Counted from the stretch's first letter, positions 28,479 to 40,355 are shown. The stretch is 64,000 bases of DNA from Marinosulfonomonas sp. (GCA_033851955.1 JAWSVK010000018.1:1-64000); one strand, 5' to 3'. The notes: a model not told the origin generated them from the letters alone. Numbers and translations: made by a program.

Positions 28479-29708
28479 CTAAGCGCCAGTGTCCATCTCG
28501 ATGCCTAAGGCCTTGGCGACTGTGAAAATGTCCTTGTCGCCGCGCCCGCACATGTTCATGCAGATCAGATGATCCTTGGGCAATTCAGGCGCAATTTTCA
28601 TCACATGGGCCAGCGCATGGCTTGGCTCAAGGGCGGGAATAATGCCTTCCATTTCGCAGGACAGCTGGAACGCCTCCAGCGCCTCGACATCAGTGATCGA
28701 CACATATTGCGCGCGACCAATGTCGTGCAGCCAGCTGTGCTCAGGGCCGATACCGGGGTAATCAAGCCCCGCCGAAATCGAGAAACCTTCTAGGATTTGG
28801 CCATCATCATCTTGCAACAAATAGGTCCGGTTGCCGTGCAAAACCCCGGGCCGACCGCCGGTCAACGACGCGCAATGCTCCATTTTGGCATTCACGCCTT
28901 TACCACCAGCCTCGACGCCGATGATGTTCACGGAGGCATCATCCAAGAACGGGAAAAACAACCCCATCGCGTTGGAGCCACCACCAATGGCCGCCACCAA
29001 AGTATCGGGCAAACGCCCCTCGGCAGCCTGCATTTGTTCTTTGGCTTCTTTGCCGATGATGGCCTGAAAATCGCGCACCATTTCAGGGTACGGATGCGGC
29101 CCAGCCACGGTACCGATACAATAAAACGTATCGTCCACATTGGTCACCCAATCGCGCATCGCGTCGTTCATCGCGTCCTTTAGCGTGCCACGGCCCGACG
29201 TGACCGAAACCACTTCTGCCCCCAACAAACGCATTCGAAATACGTTGGGTGCTTGACGCTCCACATCATGCGCGCCCATGTAAACCACGCATTTCAATCC
29301 AAATTTCGCGCAAACTGTGGCGGTCGCCACCCCGTGCTGCCCCGCTCCGGTTTCTGCAATAATACGTGTTTTGCCCATGCGGCGCGCCAAAATAATTTGG
29401 CCCAACACGTTGTTGATTTTATGCGCGCCCGTGTGGTTCAACTCGTCACGCTTCAGGTAAATTTTGGCCCCGCCCAGATGCTCGGTCAGACGTTCGGCAA
29501 AATACAGCGGACTAGGACGGCCCACATAATGGGTCCACAGATCATGCATTTCGGCCCAAAAACTGTCGTCAGTTTTAGCAATCTCGAACTGCTCTTCCAG
29601 CGACAGGATCAGCGGCATCAAGGTCTCGGACACAAAGCGTCCGCCAAAATCACCAAAGCGGCCATCCGCATCAGGGCCCGATTTAAAACTGTTGATCCGA
29701 TCACTCAT
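28479..29708 (-). CDS. trpB: Tryptophan synthase beta subunit
   Basis: PLP-enzyme motifs ([17 protein letters not shown]). The 409-aa length is typical of TrpB. Confidence 0.9.
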   Translation of the reverse strand: MSDRINSFKSGPDADGRFGDFGGRFVSETLMPLILSLEEQFEIAKTDDSFWAEMHDLWTHYVGRPSPLYFAERLTEHLGGAKIYLKRDELNHTGAHKINNVLGQIILARRMGKTRIIAETGAGQHGVATATVCAKFGLKCVVYMGAHDVERQAPNVFRMRLLGAEVVSVTSGRGTLKDAMNDAMRDWVTNVDDTFYCIGTVAGPHPYPEMVRDFQAIIGKEAKEQMQAAEGRLPDTLVAAIGGGSNAMGLFFPFLDDASVNIIGVEAGGKGVNAKMEHCASLTGGRPGVLHGNRTYLLQDDDGQILEGFSISAGLDYPGIGPEHSWLHDIGRAQYVSITDVEALEAFQLSCEMEGIIPALEPSHALAHVMKIAPELPKDHLICMNMCGRGDKDIFTVAKALGIEMDTGA

Positions 29709-30358
29709 CTTGCATCTCCTTGCGCGGCTTTCACAAAGCTCGCGATTAATTCTGCGTCTTTTACCCCAGCCGCGCTTTCCACGCCAGACGATACATCGAC
29801 CTGTCGTGCGCCCGTAAATTGCAGCGCTTCTGCTACATTGTCAGGGGTCAGCCCACCGGCCAGCATCCATGGCGCTGTCCAACGCCGATTGGCGATCAAA
29901 CGCCAGTCAAAGGCCAGCCCATTTCCACCGGGCAAAGCCGCCCCCTTGGGTGGTTTAGCATCAACCAAAAGTTGATCTGCAGCCAAGCCATAAGCGTCTA
30001 ACGCTGCGAGATCACCCGCATCAGCAACCCCAACCGCTTTCATCACCGGCAGCCCGTAGCGGGCACGCACCTCGGCCACTCGCTCCACTGATTCAGATCC
30101 GTGCAATTGCAACATATCCAGCGGCACAGCATCACAAATCGCATCAAGCATGGCATTGTCAGCATTCACCGTCAGCGCCACCTTGGCCACGCCAATCGGC
30201 ACCTCGACCGCCAAATCACGCGCCTGCGCAATGCTCACATTGCGCGGCGATTTCTCAAAGAACACAAAACCCAGATACCCTGCGCCCGCCTCAACAGCCG
30301 CCGCAACATGCCGCGCCTCGCGCAGTCCACAGATTTTCACTCGAATATCAGATGCCAT
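29705..30358 (-). CDS. trpF: Phosphoribosylanthranilate isomerase
   Basis: N-terminal VKICGL motif. 217 aa. Overlaps the trpB start (ATGA). Confidence 0.85.
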   Translation of the reverse strand: MASDIRVKICGLREARHVAAAVEAGAGYLGFVFFEKSPRNVSIAQARDLAVEVPIGVAKVALTVNADNAMLDAICDAVPLDMLQLHGSESVERVAEVRARYGLPVMKAVGVADAGDLAALDAYGLAADQLLVDAKPPKGAALPGGNGLAFDWRLIANRRWTAPWMLAGGLTPDNVAEALQFTGARQVDVSSGVESAAGVKDAELIASFVKAAQGDAR

Positions 30359-30366
30359 AAGGCCGT

Positions 30367-30717
30367 TTAGGCGCTCTTATCCAGCAGGGCAAGGATTTCA
30401 TCCTTATCGTCGGGTTCAACACCCTTTAGCCGCGTCACTTCGCGCTCTAATGACTTGACGTCACGACGCGCCCGCGCGCCCTCGGCACGCAGCTTATGCT
30501 CGCGGAACCACTCCCAAACGAACCCGATCAGCAGGCCGGCAATAATTCCGCCAAAGATGATGACAAACAGCGGCAAGTCCAACGTGTTGGGAAGCGGCAC
30601 AAATCCGGCAACCTCTTGCGGCATCAACCGCAAAGTCACAGCCCCGCGATTGGCCAAAGCGACGGTGATCAGTGCCAAAGCAAGCACAATCAAAAATGCA
30701 TAGCGAATATAGCGCAT
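30367..30717 (-). CDS. LapA/DUF1049-family small inner-membrane protein
   Basis: Two TM helices and a C-terminal coiled coil. In the conserved position between ihfB and trpF. Confidence 0.55.
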   Translation of the reverse strand: MRYIRYAFLIVLALALITVALANRGAVTLRLMPQEVAGFVPLPNTLDLPLFVIIFGGIIAGLLIGFVWEWFREHKLRAEGARARRDVKSLEREVTRLKGVEPDDKDEILALLDKSA

Positions 30718-30727
30718 TTGGGTGGCC

Positions 30728-31009
30728 TTATTTTCCGTTTAGACGATCACGCAACAGTTTGCCTGTCTTGAAAAACGGCACATGCTTTTCTTCAACATCA
30801 ACGGATGCGCCTGTGCGCGGGTTGCGCCCTACACGCGCATCACGCTTTTTAACCGAGAACGCACCGAAGCCGCGTAACTCCACCCGATCGCCATCAGCCA
30901 TTGCGCCGATGATCTCTTCAAAGATGGTGTTGACGATACGTTCAACGTCCCGTTGATAAAGATGTGGATTCTCATCCGCAATTTTCTGAACCAACTCTGA
31001 CCTAATCAT
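30728..31009 (-). CDS. ihfB: Integration host factor beta subunit (HU/IHF family)
   Basis: HU/IHF fold with GFGxF and R-N-P-x-T arm motifs. Conserved synteny downstream of rpsA. Confidence 0.85.
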   Translation of the reverse strand: MIRSELVQKIADENPHLYQRDVERIVNTIFEEIIGAMADGDRVELRGFGAFSVKKRDARVGRNPRTGASVDVEEKHVPFFKTGKLLRDRLNGK

Positions 31010-31311
31010 CCGTATCGTCCCCCCGACAAATTTCTTCTGTTTAGATAGAATTACAAAGGCAGCTAATGCATCTATCGAGGAGACTATAGCCGCATTTTTA
31101 TAATTAGCGAAATAGATTGAAGCCCAAATATGACAAAAATTTCACGCTAATACGCTGATTTTGAGCGATATTACAACGTACCTGCATTGGATTAGCTGTT
31201 CTGGCAACGATTCTGGGCCCGAATGACCTTTGCGATACCCTAGCGATTCGCACAAAAAAGGCGGCCCTACAATGTGCAAGGCCGCCCAAATCTTACCGTC
31301 AAATGGTGTGA

Positions 31312-32994
31312 CTACTCGTCGCCGCTTTTCAGCGCTGCGCCCAGAATATCACCCAAAGATGCACCTGAGTCAGACGAGCCATACTGTTCCACGGCTTCTT
31401 TCTCTTCAGCAATTTCGCGGGCTTTGATCGACAGACCCAAGCGACGTGTCTTGGCGTCGATGTTTGTCACACGAACGTCAATCTTGTCACCTACGCCAAA
31501 GCGCTCAGGGCGCTGCTCGGCACGATCACGCGACAAATCAGAGCGACGGATAAAGGATTTCATGCCTTCATATGTCACTTCAACGCCGCCATCTTCGATG
31601 GAGGTCACTTCAACCGTGATGATAGAGCCACGTTTCACGCCATCAGTCGCACCTTCGAACGGATCACCGTCCAGCGCTTTGATGGACAGCGAAATACGCT
31701 CTTTTTCAACGTCAACTTCGGTGACAACAGCTTTAACCACATCGTTCTTGTGGAAATCGCCAATCACGTCTTCGCCACGGCCTTCCCATGTCAAATCTGA
31801 CAAATGGACCATGCCGTCGATGTCGCCGTCCAAGCCGATGAACAGACCGAATTCGGTGATGTTTTTGACTTCGCCCTCGACCTCGGTGCCGGTTGGGTGT
31901 GTTTCTGCAAACACTTCCCATGGGTTGCGCATAGTCTGTTTCAGACCCAAAGATACGCGACGTTTTACCGGATCGATTTCCAGAACCATAACTTCGACTT
32001 CTTGCGACGTAGAAACGATTTTGCCTGGGTGTACGTTTTTCTTGGTCCAAGACATTTCGGACACGTGAACCAGACCTTCAACGCCAGGCTCAAGCTCAAC
32101 AAATGCGCCGTAATCGGTGATGTTGGTCACGCGGCCAGTGTGCACAGATTCCAGCGGGAACTTGCCTTCAACAACAGTCCAAGGATCATCCTGCAGCTGT
32201 TTCAGGCCAAGGCTGATGCGGTGGGTCTCTTTGTTGATTTTGATAACCTGAACGGTGATTGTTTCACCAATTGTCAGGATTTCAGATGGGTGGTTCACAC
32301 GACGCCAAGCCATGTCAGTGACGTGCAACAAGCCGTCAACGCCGCCCAGATCAACAAAGGCACCGTATTCGGTGATGTTCTTAACCACACCCTCGATGCT
32401 GTCGCCTTCAGCCAGCTTGCCGATAACTTCGGCGCGCTGTTCTGCACGGGACTCTTCAAGGATAGCACGACGCGATACAACGATGTTGCCACGACGACGG
32501 TCCATTTTCAAAACTTGGAACGGCTGCTTCAGACCCATCAATGGGCCCGCGTCACGCACAGGGCGCACGTCAACTTGTGATCCTGGCAGGAACGCAACAG
32601 CGCCGCCCAGATCCACAGTAAAGCCGCCTTTGACGCGACCAAAGATAGCCCCATCAACACGTTCTTCGTCGGCATATGCTTTTTCCAAACGGTCCCATGC
32701 GGCTTCACGGCGCGCCATTTCGTGGCTAAGTACAGCCTCACCCTTGGAGTTCTCGACCATCCGTAGGAACACTTCGACTTCGTCGCCAACGGCGATTTCA
32801 GCGGCTTCACCCGGATTTGCGAATTCTTTTACGTCTACGCGGCCTTCCATTTTGTAGCCGACGTCGATGATGGCTTGACCGCTTTCGATTGCGATAATCT
32901 TGCCTTTGACAACAGAACCTTCTTCAGGTGTGTCAATTTCGAAGCTTTCGTTCAGAAGGGCTTCGAAGTCCTCCATAGATACTGATTGAGCCAT
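31312..32994 (-). CDS. rpsA: 30S ribosomal protein S1
   Basis: Six S1 repeats with a recurring GxV..I..FGAFV pattern. 560 aa. Confidence 0.9.
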   Translation of the reverse strand: MAQSVSMEDFEALLNESFEIDTPEEGSVVKGKIIAIESGQAIIDVGYKMEGRVDVKEFANPGEAAEIAVGDEVEVFLRMVENSKGEAVLSHEMARREAAWDRLEKAYADEERVDGAIFGRVKGGFTVDLGGAVAFLPGSQVDVRPVRDAGPLMGLKQPFQVLKMDRRRGNIVVSRRAILEESRAEQRAEVIGKLAEGDSIEGVVKNITEYGAFVDLGGVDGLLHVTDMAWRRVNHPSEILTIGETITVQVIKINKETHRISLGLKQLQDDPWTVVEGKFPLESVHTGRVTNITDYGAFVELEPGVEGLVHVSEMSWTKKNVHPGKIVSTSQEVEVMVLEIDPVKRRVSLGLKQTMRNPWEVFAETHPTGTEVEGEVKNITEFGLFIGLDGDIDGMVHLSDLTWEGRGEDVIGDFHKNDVVKAVVTEVDVEKERISLSIKALDGDPFEGATDGVKRGSIITVEVTSIEDGGVEVTYEGMKSFIRRSDLSRDRAEQRPERFGVGDKIDVRVTNIDAKTRRLGLSIKAREIAEEKEAVEQYGSSDSGASLGDILGAALKSGDE

Positions 32995-33279
32995 GTGGTC
33001 TCATTTTCCTTTTATCATTTATACTGGCCGTGCGGTTGGCTCCGCCGGTCTTTGGGTTTCAATTGGTCAAACGGACAACCAGAAATACTGTAACAATAAC
33101 AAAGGGCCGGAAGAAAAATCCCGACCCTGCTCATATTGCCCAGCGACTCTAACGGCCCCTTCAACGGGGGCTATATAGACCGCATTCCCCCATATAGCAA
33201 GGCTCTATCACATCCAAAACAGCGCCGCCCCTACCCCATTTTTGTTCCCCAAATATCCGCGCCGCAGGCTTAAAATCTC

Positions 33280-33891
33280 TTACGCCCCAACCCGCGCCTC
33301 AATCACCGCCACCGCCTTGGCCACAGCTTCCTCAATCGACATCTCGCTGGTGTCCAACTCCACCGCATCCTCAGCCGCCACCAAAGGCGCCGCATCGCGC
33401 TCGCGGTCCCGCGCATCGCGGGCGCGCAAATCCTCCAACACACCGTCGCACGTCACATCTTCACCCTTGCCCGCCAACTCCAGAAACCGCCGCTCGGCCC
33501 GCACCTGATCTGACGCTGTGACAAACAACTTTACCGGCGCATCCGCACAGATCACCGTGCCAATATCGCGCCCATCCAGCACCGCCCCGCCACTGCGCAT
33601 CGCAAACGCCCGCTGAAAATCCACCAGCGCCGCACGCACCTCCGGAATCGCCGCCGCTTTGCTGGCGGCCTGCGCCACAGGGGCCGTGCGCAAATTATCC
33701 GCCTCCAGATCGCCGGCCTGCAAGGTTTGCGCCGCTTCAATCGGCTCCACCCCGTTCAAAACACGCAACCCCACGGCCCGGTACAAAAGCCCCGTGTCCA
33801 GATGCGCAAACCCGAAATGAAGCGCCACCGCCTTTGATATAGTCCCCTTACCCGAGGCCGCCGGCCCGTCAATCGCAACAGTAAAACCCAT
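33280..33891 (-). CDS. cmk: Cytidylate kinase
   Basis: P-loop [12 protein letters not shown]. 203 aa. Conserved cmk-rpsA-ihfB order. Confidence 0.85.
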   Translation of the reverse strand: MGFTVAIDGPAASGKGTISKAVALHFGFAHLDTGLLYRAVGLRVLNGVEPIEAAQTLQAGDLEADNLRTAPVAQAASKAAAIPEVRAALVDFQRAFAMRSGGAVLDGRDIGTVICADAPVKLFVTASDQVRAERRFLELAGKGEDVTCDGVLEDLRARDARDRERDAAPLVAAEDAVELDTSEMSIEEAVAKAVAVIEARVGA

Positions 33892-34127
33892 TTCGCATAT
33901 TTCCTATCTGGTCCATTTCGCTAGACATTTGCCCCTATATATTCTCCAATGCAAAGAAGAAAAAGCCATTTTGAACAAAGATTGTAGACCCATGATCCGC
34001 ATCCTGATGATGCCTTGCCCTTTGCACCATCGCCAACACCCCAAAAGGCCAAGCCTATGCTGGCATCTGGCATCAAATGCGCGCCGAAAATTGACGCCCC
34101 CAACACCATAATTTCAGGACGAGTATC

Positions 34128-35693
34128 ATGCGTATCCTCTTACTTCACCCACCGCACACCGCCATCGGCAGTCGTGTCCCCAAAGAAAACCTGCCGCCCT
34201 TTGGGTTGCTCTGTCTGGGTGGCCCCCTGCTTGATGCGGGCCATGAAGTGACGCTTGTGAATGCCGACCTTGGACCGATGCCAGGCGATGAAATCTTAGC
34301 CAAAATCATCGCCAACGGCCCCGACGCGGTGCTGATCGGTCACTCCGGCTCAACATCTGCCCACCCGACGGTGCTTGACCTCACCAGCCGCCTGAAAACC
34401 GCGATGCCAAATGTAGCGGTGATCTATGGCGGCGTTTATCCGACCTATCACTGGCAAGACATCCTGCGTGAAACTGACGACATCGACGTTATCGTGTGCG
34501 GCGAAGGCGAGGAAACCACCCTCGCCCTAATCAACGCGCTCGCCAACCAGTTGCCACTGGCCGACATCCCCGGCATCGCTTTTCGCCAGAACGAAACACT
34601 CCACGCCACCCGCCCAGCGCCGATGATCCGCGATCTGGATGAATATCGCATCGCTTGGGAGCTGATCGACTTTGACGACTATTCCTACTGGGGCGGCCGT
34701 AAATCCGTGATCTTGCAATTTTCTCGGGGCTGCCCGCACCTGTGTACCTATTGCGGTCAACGCGGGTTTTGGACCAAATGGCGGCACCGCGATCCAGTCA
34801 AATTCGCCGCCGAAATCGCCCGTCTGGTACGCGAACACGGGATTGAGCTGATCAATCTGGCCGACGAAAACCCGACCTCTAGCCGCCGCATGTGGCGCCG
34901 GTTTCTGGACGCCATGATCGCCGAGGATGTCGATGTCGCGATCGTCGGCTCGACCCGCGCCGATGATATCGTGCGCGATGCTGACATCCTGCACCTATAT
35001 AAAAAGGCCGGCGCACTGCGCTTTTTGCTCGGCATTGAGGGCACGGATGAGGCCACACTGAAAACCCTGCGCAAAGGCGGTACCGTGCAAAAGGACCAGC
35101 GCGCGATCAAGTTGCTGCGCGAAAACGGCATCCTTGGGCTCTGCACTTTTGCCGTTGGCTTTGAACAGGAAACCGACCGTGATTATTGGCGCCTGTTGCG
35201 GCAATTGCTGCGCTATGATCCCGACCAGATCATGTCAGTCTTTGCCACTCCGCACCGTTGGACGCCCTACTATAATGACGCCAAATCCCGCCGTGTGATC
35301 CAACAAGACCAACGGCTGTGGGACTATAAACATCAAGTGATGGAAACGCCCAAAGTTCCGGCTTGGCGGGTGTTCCTTTGGGTCAAAACTATCGAATTCA
35401 CCCTGCAACTGCGCCCCCGCGCCCTGTGGCGGAACTATTTGCATCCGGACCCCGAAATCCGCCACGCCATGCGCTGGTACACCCGCATGGGCCGCCGCGT
35501 GGTGCTTCACGAGGTCTGGCATTTTCTGTTTCGTGACAAGCGCCATATCGGCCAGACAGTGGCCGAATATTGGGGCGGCGCGGCACAATTGATCGAAAAC
35601 GCCCACGCCAAACCCACCATCAACCCAGCGAACACAAGAACAACCCCGCAACCAGATGAGTTGACGCGCCCGACCCCGCCACTTATCCCATAA
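34128..35693 (+). CDS. B12-binding domain radical SAM protein (BchE/HpnJ-like class B radical SAM)
   Basis: Radical SAM CxxxCxxC motif (CPHLCTYC) preceded by an N-terminal cobalamin-binding Rossmann region. Confidence 0.75.
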   Translation: MRILLLHPPHTAIGSRVPKENLPPFGLLCLGGPLLDAGHEVTLVNADLGPMPGDEILAKIIANGPDAVLIGHSGSTSAHPTVLDLTSRLKTAMPNVAVIYGGVYPTYHWQDILRETDDIDVIVCGEGEETTLALINALANQLPLADIPGIAFRQNETLHATRPAPMIRDLDEYRIAWELIDFDDYSYWGGRKSVILQFSRGCPHLCTYCGQRGFWTKWRHRDPVKFAAEIARLVREHGIELINLADENPTSSRRMWRRFLDAMIAEDVDVAIVGSTRADDIVRDADILHLYKKAGALRFLLGIEGTDEATLKTLRKGGTVQKDQRAIKLLRENGILGLCTFAVGFEQETDRDYWRLLRQLLRYDPDQIMSVFATPHRWTPYYNDAKSRRVIQQDQRLWDYKHQVMETPKVPAWRVFLWVKTIEFTLQLRPRALWRNYLHPDPEIRHAMRWYTRMGRRVVLHEVWHFLFRDKRHIGQTVAEYWGGAAQLIENAHAKPTINPANTRTTPQPDELTRPTPPLIP

Positions 35694-35728
35694 GATCGCG
35701 AACACAATGATCAAAGGAAACGCCTGAT

Positions 35729-36874
35729 ATGAAACTCCAGATGTTAAAGGCCCGTGACCCCGCCGAGGAACACCGCGCCGCCACCATGTTAGAGCTGTTC
35801 TTTGATCTGGTCTCGGTCGTTGCCATTGCCGCCGCCGCGACGGGGTTGCACCACATGTTGGCGCATGGCGACATCTTGGAGGGTGTGATCAAATTCACTG
35901 CGGCTTTCGCCACTATTTGGTGGGCTTGGGTGAACTACACTTGGTACGCTTCGGCCTTTGACACCGATGACACCGCACACCGAATTGGCACCATGGTGAT
36001 CATGGCGGGCGCGCTGATCATGGCCGCAGGTGTGCATGAATTCTTTGAAACCGAGCTGATCACCCTGCCGCTGGCGGGTTATGTGGTCATGCGCCTTGGC
36101 TTGGCGTTTTTGTTCTGGCGCGCTGCCAGCGCCAACAATGGCGAATGGCGCAAAACCGCGACCCGCTATGGCCTTGGCCTCGTTGGCTTGCAAATCCTTT
36201 GGGTGGCTGCCTATCTGACGTTTGAAGCGCCTGTGCTCTACGTCGTTCTCTCGCTGCTGTTTCTGGCAGAATTCCTGCTGCCGACCTTTGCCGAGGCCGC
36301 AAAACCGACCCCTTGGCACCGCCACCACATCATTGAACGCTATAGCCTGCTCAATATCATCGTCTTGGGCGAAAGCCTGCTGGCCGTCAGCTTTGCCATC
36401 CAAGCCGCCTATCACGGTGGCCATATGGATTGGTCAATTGCGGGCCTCGCCGCCTGTGGCATAGTCTCAGTCTGCGCGATCTGGTGGCTCTATTATGACG
36501 AATTGCACCACCTATCGCTGACCACCAAAGCCCGCGGATATACATGGGTCTACGGCCATATCATCCTGTTCGCCTCAGGCGCGGCGATTGGCGCAGGGCT
36601 TGCGGTTATGGTCGAAGTGCTAGAGCACAAAGCCCACATCCCCGCCCAAATCGGCATCGCCTCAATCGCCGTTCCCGCAGCGCTCTACCTGTTCGGACTG
36701 TGGTTCATCCACGGCCGGTTCGAGCACCAAGGCCCCCGCCGCTTCGTGCTGCCACTGGCCGCCGTATTGCTGCTGCTAACCCCATTTTCCAGCTACGGCA
36801 TCTACCTCATCGCGCTGATCCTCGTTCTGGCGGTCGTGGCCAAATCCCGCCCCGAAAAAGCCGCGCACAAATAG
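35729..36874 (+). CDS. Low-temperature-requirement A (LtrA) family membrane protein
   Basis: N-terminal ELFFDLV motif. About 10 TM helices. 381 aa. Confidence 0.65.
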   Translation: MKLQMLKARDPAEEHRAATMLELFFDLVSVVAIAAAATGLHHMLAHGDILEGVIKFTAAFATIWWAWVNYTWYASAFDTDDTAHRIGTMVIMAGALIMAAGVHEFFETELITLPLAGYVVMRLGLAFLFWRAASANNGEWRKTATRYGLGLVGLQILWVAAYLTFEAPVLYVVLSLLFLAEFLLPTFAEAAKPTPWHRHHIIERYSLLNIIVLGESLLAVSFAIQAAYHGGHMDWSIAGLAACGIVSVCAIWWLYYDELHHLSLTTKARGYTWVYGHIILFASGAAIGAGLAVMVEVLEHKAHIPAQIGIASIAVPAALYLFGLWFIHGRFEHQGPRRFVLPLAAVLLLLTPFSSYGIYLIALILVLAVVAKSRPEKAAHK

Positions 36875-37193
36875 ACAGACCTAGCTCGGATTCAAGGCGA
36901 AGCCGCCGAGCGATCGCCGGCCCGCCCCATCGGGTCGGCGATATGAAATCCCATCGCAAGCTGGCAAGCGCAGACTGACGTTACAAGGATAAAGTGCCAA
37001 CCTGAAACCCAAATCGCCACCCGGCGGCCCGTCGCCCGCTCAGCCTGTGCGTTTGAAACAGCGGCGATTTGTTCGTTAAGCCCACAAAAACATGTGCTGA
37101 AGCCTAGCTATGCGGAAGGCGCGACCCTGTTTATTTGCGGTGTTCTTCGTTTTCTGTACCAGTAAAATAACCCGAGCATTTCACACGAGCCAC

Positions 37194-37949
37194 CTACGGT
37201 TTTCTGCCGCAATAGTTCGTCATTGTCTCGTTGCAACCTCCAGAATTCCCACTCCAGCATTTCTTGTCGCTCTTCCAACTACTGGGCCTCATGTACCGTC
37301 CCCACCTGTACCAAAGATTACCGTAGTTTGCCGACATCTCTGACGTACCTATGTCCGAGCGCGTAACCAATGATCGGAGAGGCTGTTCTTCCAACGCCAC
37401 AATGTAGGGATAAGTCACCCATCTTTTGCCTATATAAATTCTAGGTACATCTGGACGGCGATTGAAAGGAAACGAGCAGTATAACGAAAGCTCGGGTGCC
37501 ACGACATTCAAACGGCTACGTCTCACTTTTAAAGGCAACTCGTTGATATCCATAAGAAGTGCCTGATCGCAAAGCTGAAACAGATTGAGGTCGAGCATTC
37601 CACCAGATGGAAGCTTTGCCTGCAAGGTTTCAAAACCAATGCTTTTGGGGCGGATGCCTGCTTTTGGCCCTCCACTCTTTAGGTTCCACTTGGTTGCAAA
37701 GTAACCTTCGTAGCAGACGATATTCGTTGTGAGCGTTTCAGTGCCTTCCTTGGTTCCGAACTCGCTCTCCACAGTCACAACACGGGCAACCGCCTCCTCC
37801 CAAACAAGATCGTTTTTCGTGTCCATGCGAGATACATTCCATGTGTGCGTCCAAGGATAGACAACATAAAGCATGAAACCACTTAGTGCGGCCAAAGCTG
37901 TTGGCACGCCAACAATCAGTCCGATTGTCCAGAGAATGAATTTAGCCAT
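37194..37949 (-). CDS. Hypothetical membrane-anchored protein (251 aa, lower GC)
   Basis: N-terminal TM helix (ILWTIGLIVGVPTALAALSGFMLYVV). No recognisable domain. GC about 47% against a flank of about 60%. Confidence 0.45.
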   Translation of the reverse strand: MAKFILWTIGLIVGVPTALAALSGFMLYVVYPWTHTWNVSRMDTKNDLVWEEAVARVVTVESEFGTKEGTETLTTNIVCYEGYFATKWNLKSGGPKAGIRPKSIGFETLQAKLPSGGMLDLNLFQLCDQALLMDINELPLKVRRSRLNVVAPELSLYCSFPFNRRPDVPRIYIGKRWVTYPYIVALEEQPLRSLVTRSDIGTSEMSANYGNLWYRWGRYMRPSSWKSDKKCWSGNSGGCNETMTNYCGRKP

Positions 37950-38085
37950 GGTAAGAACGTAAACAACTCATGATTGACAAACAAGACCCAGACTCACGGT
38001 TTGTGGGGCTATCAAATATCGTAGATATGGGCTCCCTACCAACCTTGAACGCCCCACCTAGAACCTAGCATATCCGTCCCCCAAA

Positions 38086-38490
38086 TCACTCCACCATCGT
38101 GGTCAGCGTCGCGTCTTCCGCATCCGCCTTTGGCAAATCATCCGCCAACTCGTAATAATCACCCTTATCCGCACAGAATATGTGCCCGATCAGCGACAAC
38201 CCCGTGTCCCCGTCAAACGTGCCCGCATGGATCGACAGGTTCACCCCCGCCCCGTCCCAAAACAGGTTCGATCCGCAGGTGCCGCAAAACCCGCGTCGCG
38301 CCGTTTCGGAGGATTGAAACCACGTCACTTCACCAGTCACCGAAATGTCCCCGCGCGCACAGGACGTCGCCGCCACATGATGCCCGCTGCCTTTGCGGCA
38401 TTGCCGACAATGACAGGCAATCACAGGCCGCAGCGCCCCCGTTACACGGTATTGCACCGCCCCGCACAAACAACTTCCCGTCTTGCTCAT
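38086..38490 (-). CDS. GFA (glutathione-dependent formaldehyde-activating / CENP-V) family protein
   Basis: Cys-rich zinc motif C.C...C.C.C (CLCGAV...CHCRQCRK). Start taken at the internal Met, whose ATG overlaps the upstream stop (ATGA). Confidence 0.7.
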   Translation of the reverse strand: MSKTGSCLCGAVQYRVTGALRPVIACHCRQCRKGSGHHVAATSCARGDISVTGEVTWFQSSETARRGFCGTCGSNLFWDGAGVNLSIHAGTFDGDTGLSLIGHIFCADKGDYYELADDLPKADAEDATLTTMVE

Positions 38491-38996
38491 TTCGTCGCCT
38501 TTCGTTTTGCCCGCCATGCCCGCACCAGCCCCTCAAACAACGCCAAAACGGCCAGCCCGATGGCGATCCATTTGCGTTCGGTCCATTGGCTCGCAACCAT
38601 GATCATCGCCTCAGTCACGCCATCACCGGCCCGCAACATCACAGCCACCGCCGCGTTTTCCAAATAGTCAAACCCAGCCGCCACCAGCGGCAGCGTGCTC
38701 GCGATCCAGCGAACCCAGCCCTGAAAAACTTGGGCATAACCCATCACCAACACCACCGCCAGTAACGCCGGAAAGGCACTGTCCAACCTGTGCTGCACAT
38801 TCAGGTAAAAATCGCGACCATCGTCAGAAAGTGCCGCCAAAAACGCCTTGGCTTCAGCCGTGCTGTAGCCACCCAAACGGGCATCGAACAGGGCCAAACC
38901 CTGCGCATCTGCCATGATCAACGGGCCCGACCAAAACAACATCGTCAGAAAAACGCCCACCGTCGTCGCACACAGTAACCAGAATATCAGACGCAT
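38487..38996 (-). CDS. Hypothetical integral membrane protein (169 aa)
   Basis: Four predicted TM helices. Translationally coupled to the GFA gene. Confidence 0.45.
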   Translation of the reverse strand: MRLIFWLLCATTVGVFLTMLFWSGPLIMADAQGLALFDARLGGYSTAEAKAFLAALSDDGRDFYLNVQHRLDSAFPALLAVVLVMGYAQVFQGWVRWIASTLPLVAAGFDYLENAAVAVMLRAGDGVTEAMIMVASQWTERKWIAIGLAVLALFEGLVRAWRAKRKATK

Positions 38997-39005
38997 AGCT
39001 GTCTC

Positions 39006-40355
39006 CTAATTGATACGCTCCAACCGCGCACCCAATGCCGCCATCAATGGCTCGAATATCGGAAAGCTTGTGGTGATGGGCGCGCCGTCATCAATCGAAA
39101 CGGGCTGCTGGCTGCTCATGCCCAAACACATGAAACTCATGGCGATCCGGTGATCCAGATGGGTTTTGCATATCCCGCCACCTGTCACGGTGCCCGCCCC
39201 TTGCCCCGTCACGATCAGCGTGTCTTGATCTTCTTCAATCGCGACGCCATTGGCCTCAAGCCCGCGCGCCATCGCGTCAATGCGGTCACATTCCTTGACG
39301 CGCAGCTCTTTGACGCCGCGCATCACGGTGCGCCCTGTGGCGTTCGCCGCAACCACTGACAGGATCGGGTATTCGTCAATCATGCTGGCCGCGCGCTCTG
39401 CCGGAACCTCAATCCCGACCATATCAGCCGAGAACCGCGCCCGCAGATCAGCCACAGGCTCGCCGCCTTCAATCCGCTCGCTCTCATAGACCAAATCCGC
39501 GCCCATTTCGCGCAGCGTGGTGAACAATCCGATGCGGGTTGGGTTCAAGCCAATGCCGGGCACCAACACGTCCGATCCTTCAACGATCAACGCCGCACAA
39601 ACCGCAAAAGCCGCCGAGGATGGATCACGCGGCACTACAATGTCTTGGGCTTGCAACACGGGCCGCCCCGTCAAGGTGATCTCCCGCCCGCCGTCAATTT
39701 CCTCAACCGTAATTTCAGCGCCAAAGCCCGCCAACATCCGCTCGGTATGATCGCGGGTCGCCTCCTGCTCAATCACCACAGTTTTGCCAACCGCATTCAG
39801 CCCCGCCAGCAACACCGCCGACTTCACCTGTGCCGAAGGCACTTCCATCTCATAGCGCACGGCTGCCGCATCTGCCGAACCCGTAATGGTCATCGGCAAA
39901 CGGTCGCCCGCGGCCCCATCAGATTTCGTGCCAAACAACGCCAACGGCCCCGTGATGCGCCCCATCGGACGCGAACGCAAACTCGCGTCACCCGTAAACG
40001 TGGCCGTAATCGGACAAGTCGCCATCGCGCCCATGATCAACCGCACACCCGTGCCGGAATTGCCGCAATCAATCACCGCATCAGGCGCGCTAAAACCACC
40101 GACCCCGACGCCCTGCACGGACCATTCACCGCCGCCATGTTCAACCACATCGGTCCCAAGACTGCGCATCGCGCGCGCCGTATCCAGCACGTCGTCGCCT
40201 TCCAAAAGGCCCGTAATTCGCGTTTTCCCGACGGCCAACGCCCCCAGAATCAGCGCCCTGTGAGAGATCGATTTATCCCCCGGCACCTCGGCCACGCCTT
40301 TCAGCGCACCGCATTTACGTGACCTCATTGGGGTTGGTTCACCGTGACCAGACAT
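39006..40355 (-). CDS. aroA: 3-phosphoshikimate 1-carboxyvinyltransferase (EPSP synthase)
   Basis: N-terminal motif [16 protein letters not shown]. 449 aa. Confidence 0.9.
   Translation of the reverse strand: MSGHGEPTPMRSRKCGALKGVAEVPGDKSISHRALILGALAVGKTRITGLLEGDDVLDTARAMRSLGTDVVEHGGGEWSVQGVGVGGFSAPDAVIDCGNSGTGVRLIMGAMATCPITATFTGDASLRSRPMGRITGPLALFGTKSDGAAGDRLPMTITGSADAAAVRYEMEVPSAQVKSAVLLAGLNAVGKTVVIEQEATRDHTERMLAGFGAEITVEEIDGGREITLTGRPVLQAQDIVVPRDPSSAAFAVCAALIVEGSDVLVPGIGLNPTRIGLFTTLREMGADLVYESERIEGGEPVADLRARFSADMVGIEVPAERAASMIDEYPILSVVAANATGRTVMRGVKELRVKECDRIDAMARGLEANGVAIEEDQDTLIVTGQGAGTVTGGGICKTHLDHRIAMSFMCLGMSSQQPVSIDDGAPITTSFPIFEPLMAALGARLERIN

Noticed and set aside
31274-32580. 264-aa and 258-aa plus-strand ORFs opposite rpsA
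   Set aside because: Antisense to a highly conserved ribosomal protein gene. Ser/Thr/Pro-rich low-complexity translation.
39645-40322. 225-aa plus-strand ORF inside aroA
   Set aside because: Antisense GC-frame artefact. aroA on the minus strand is unambiguous.
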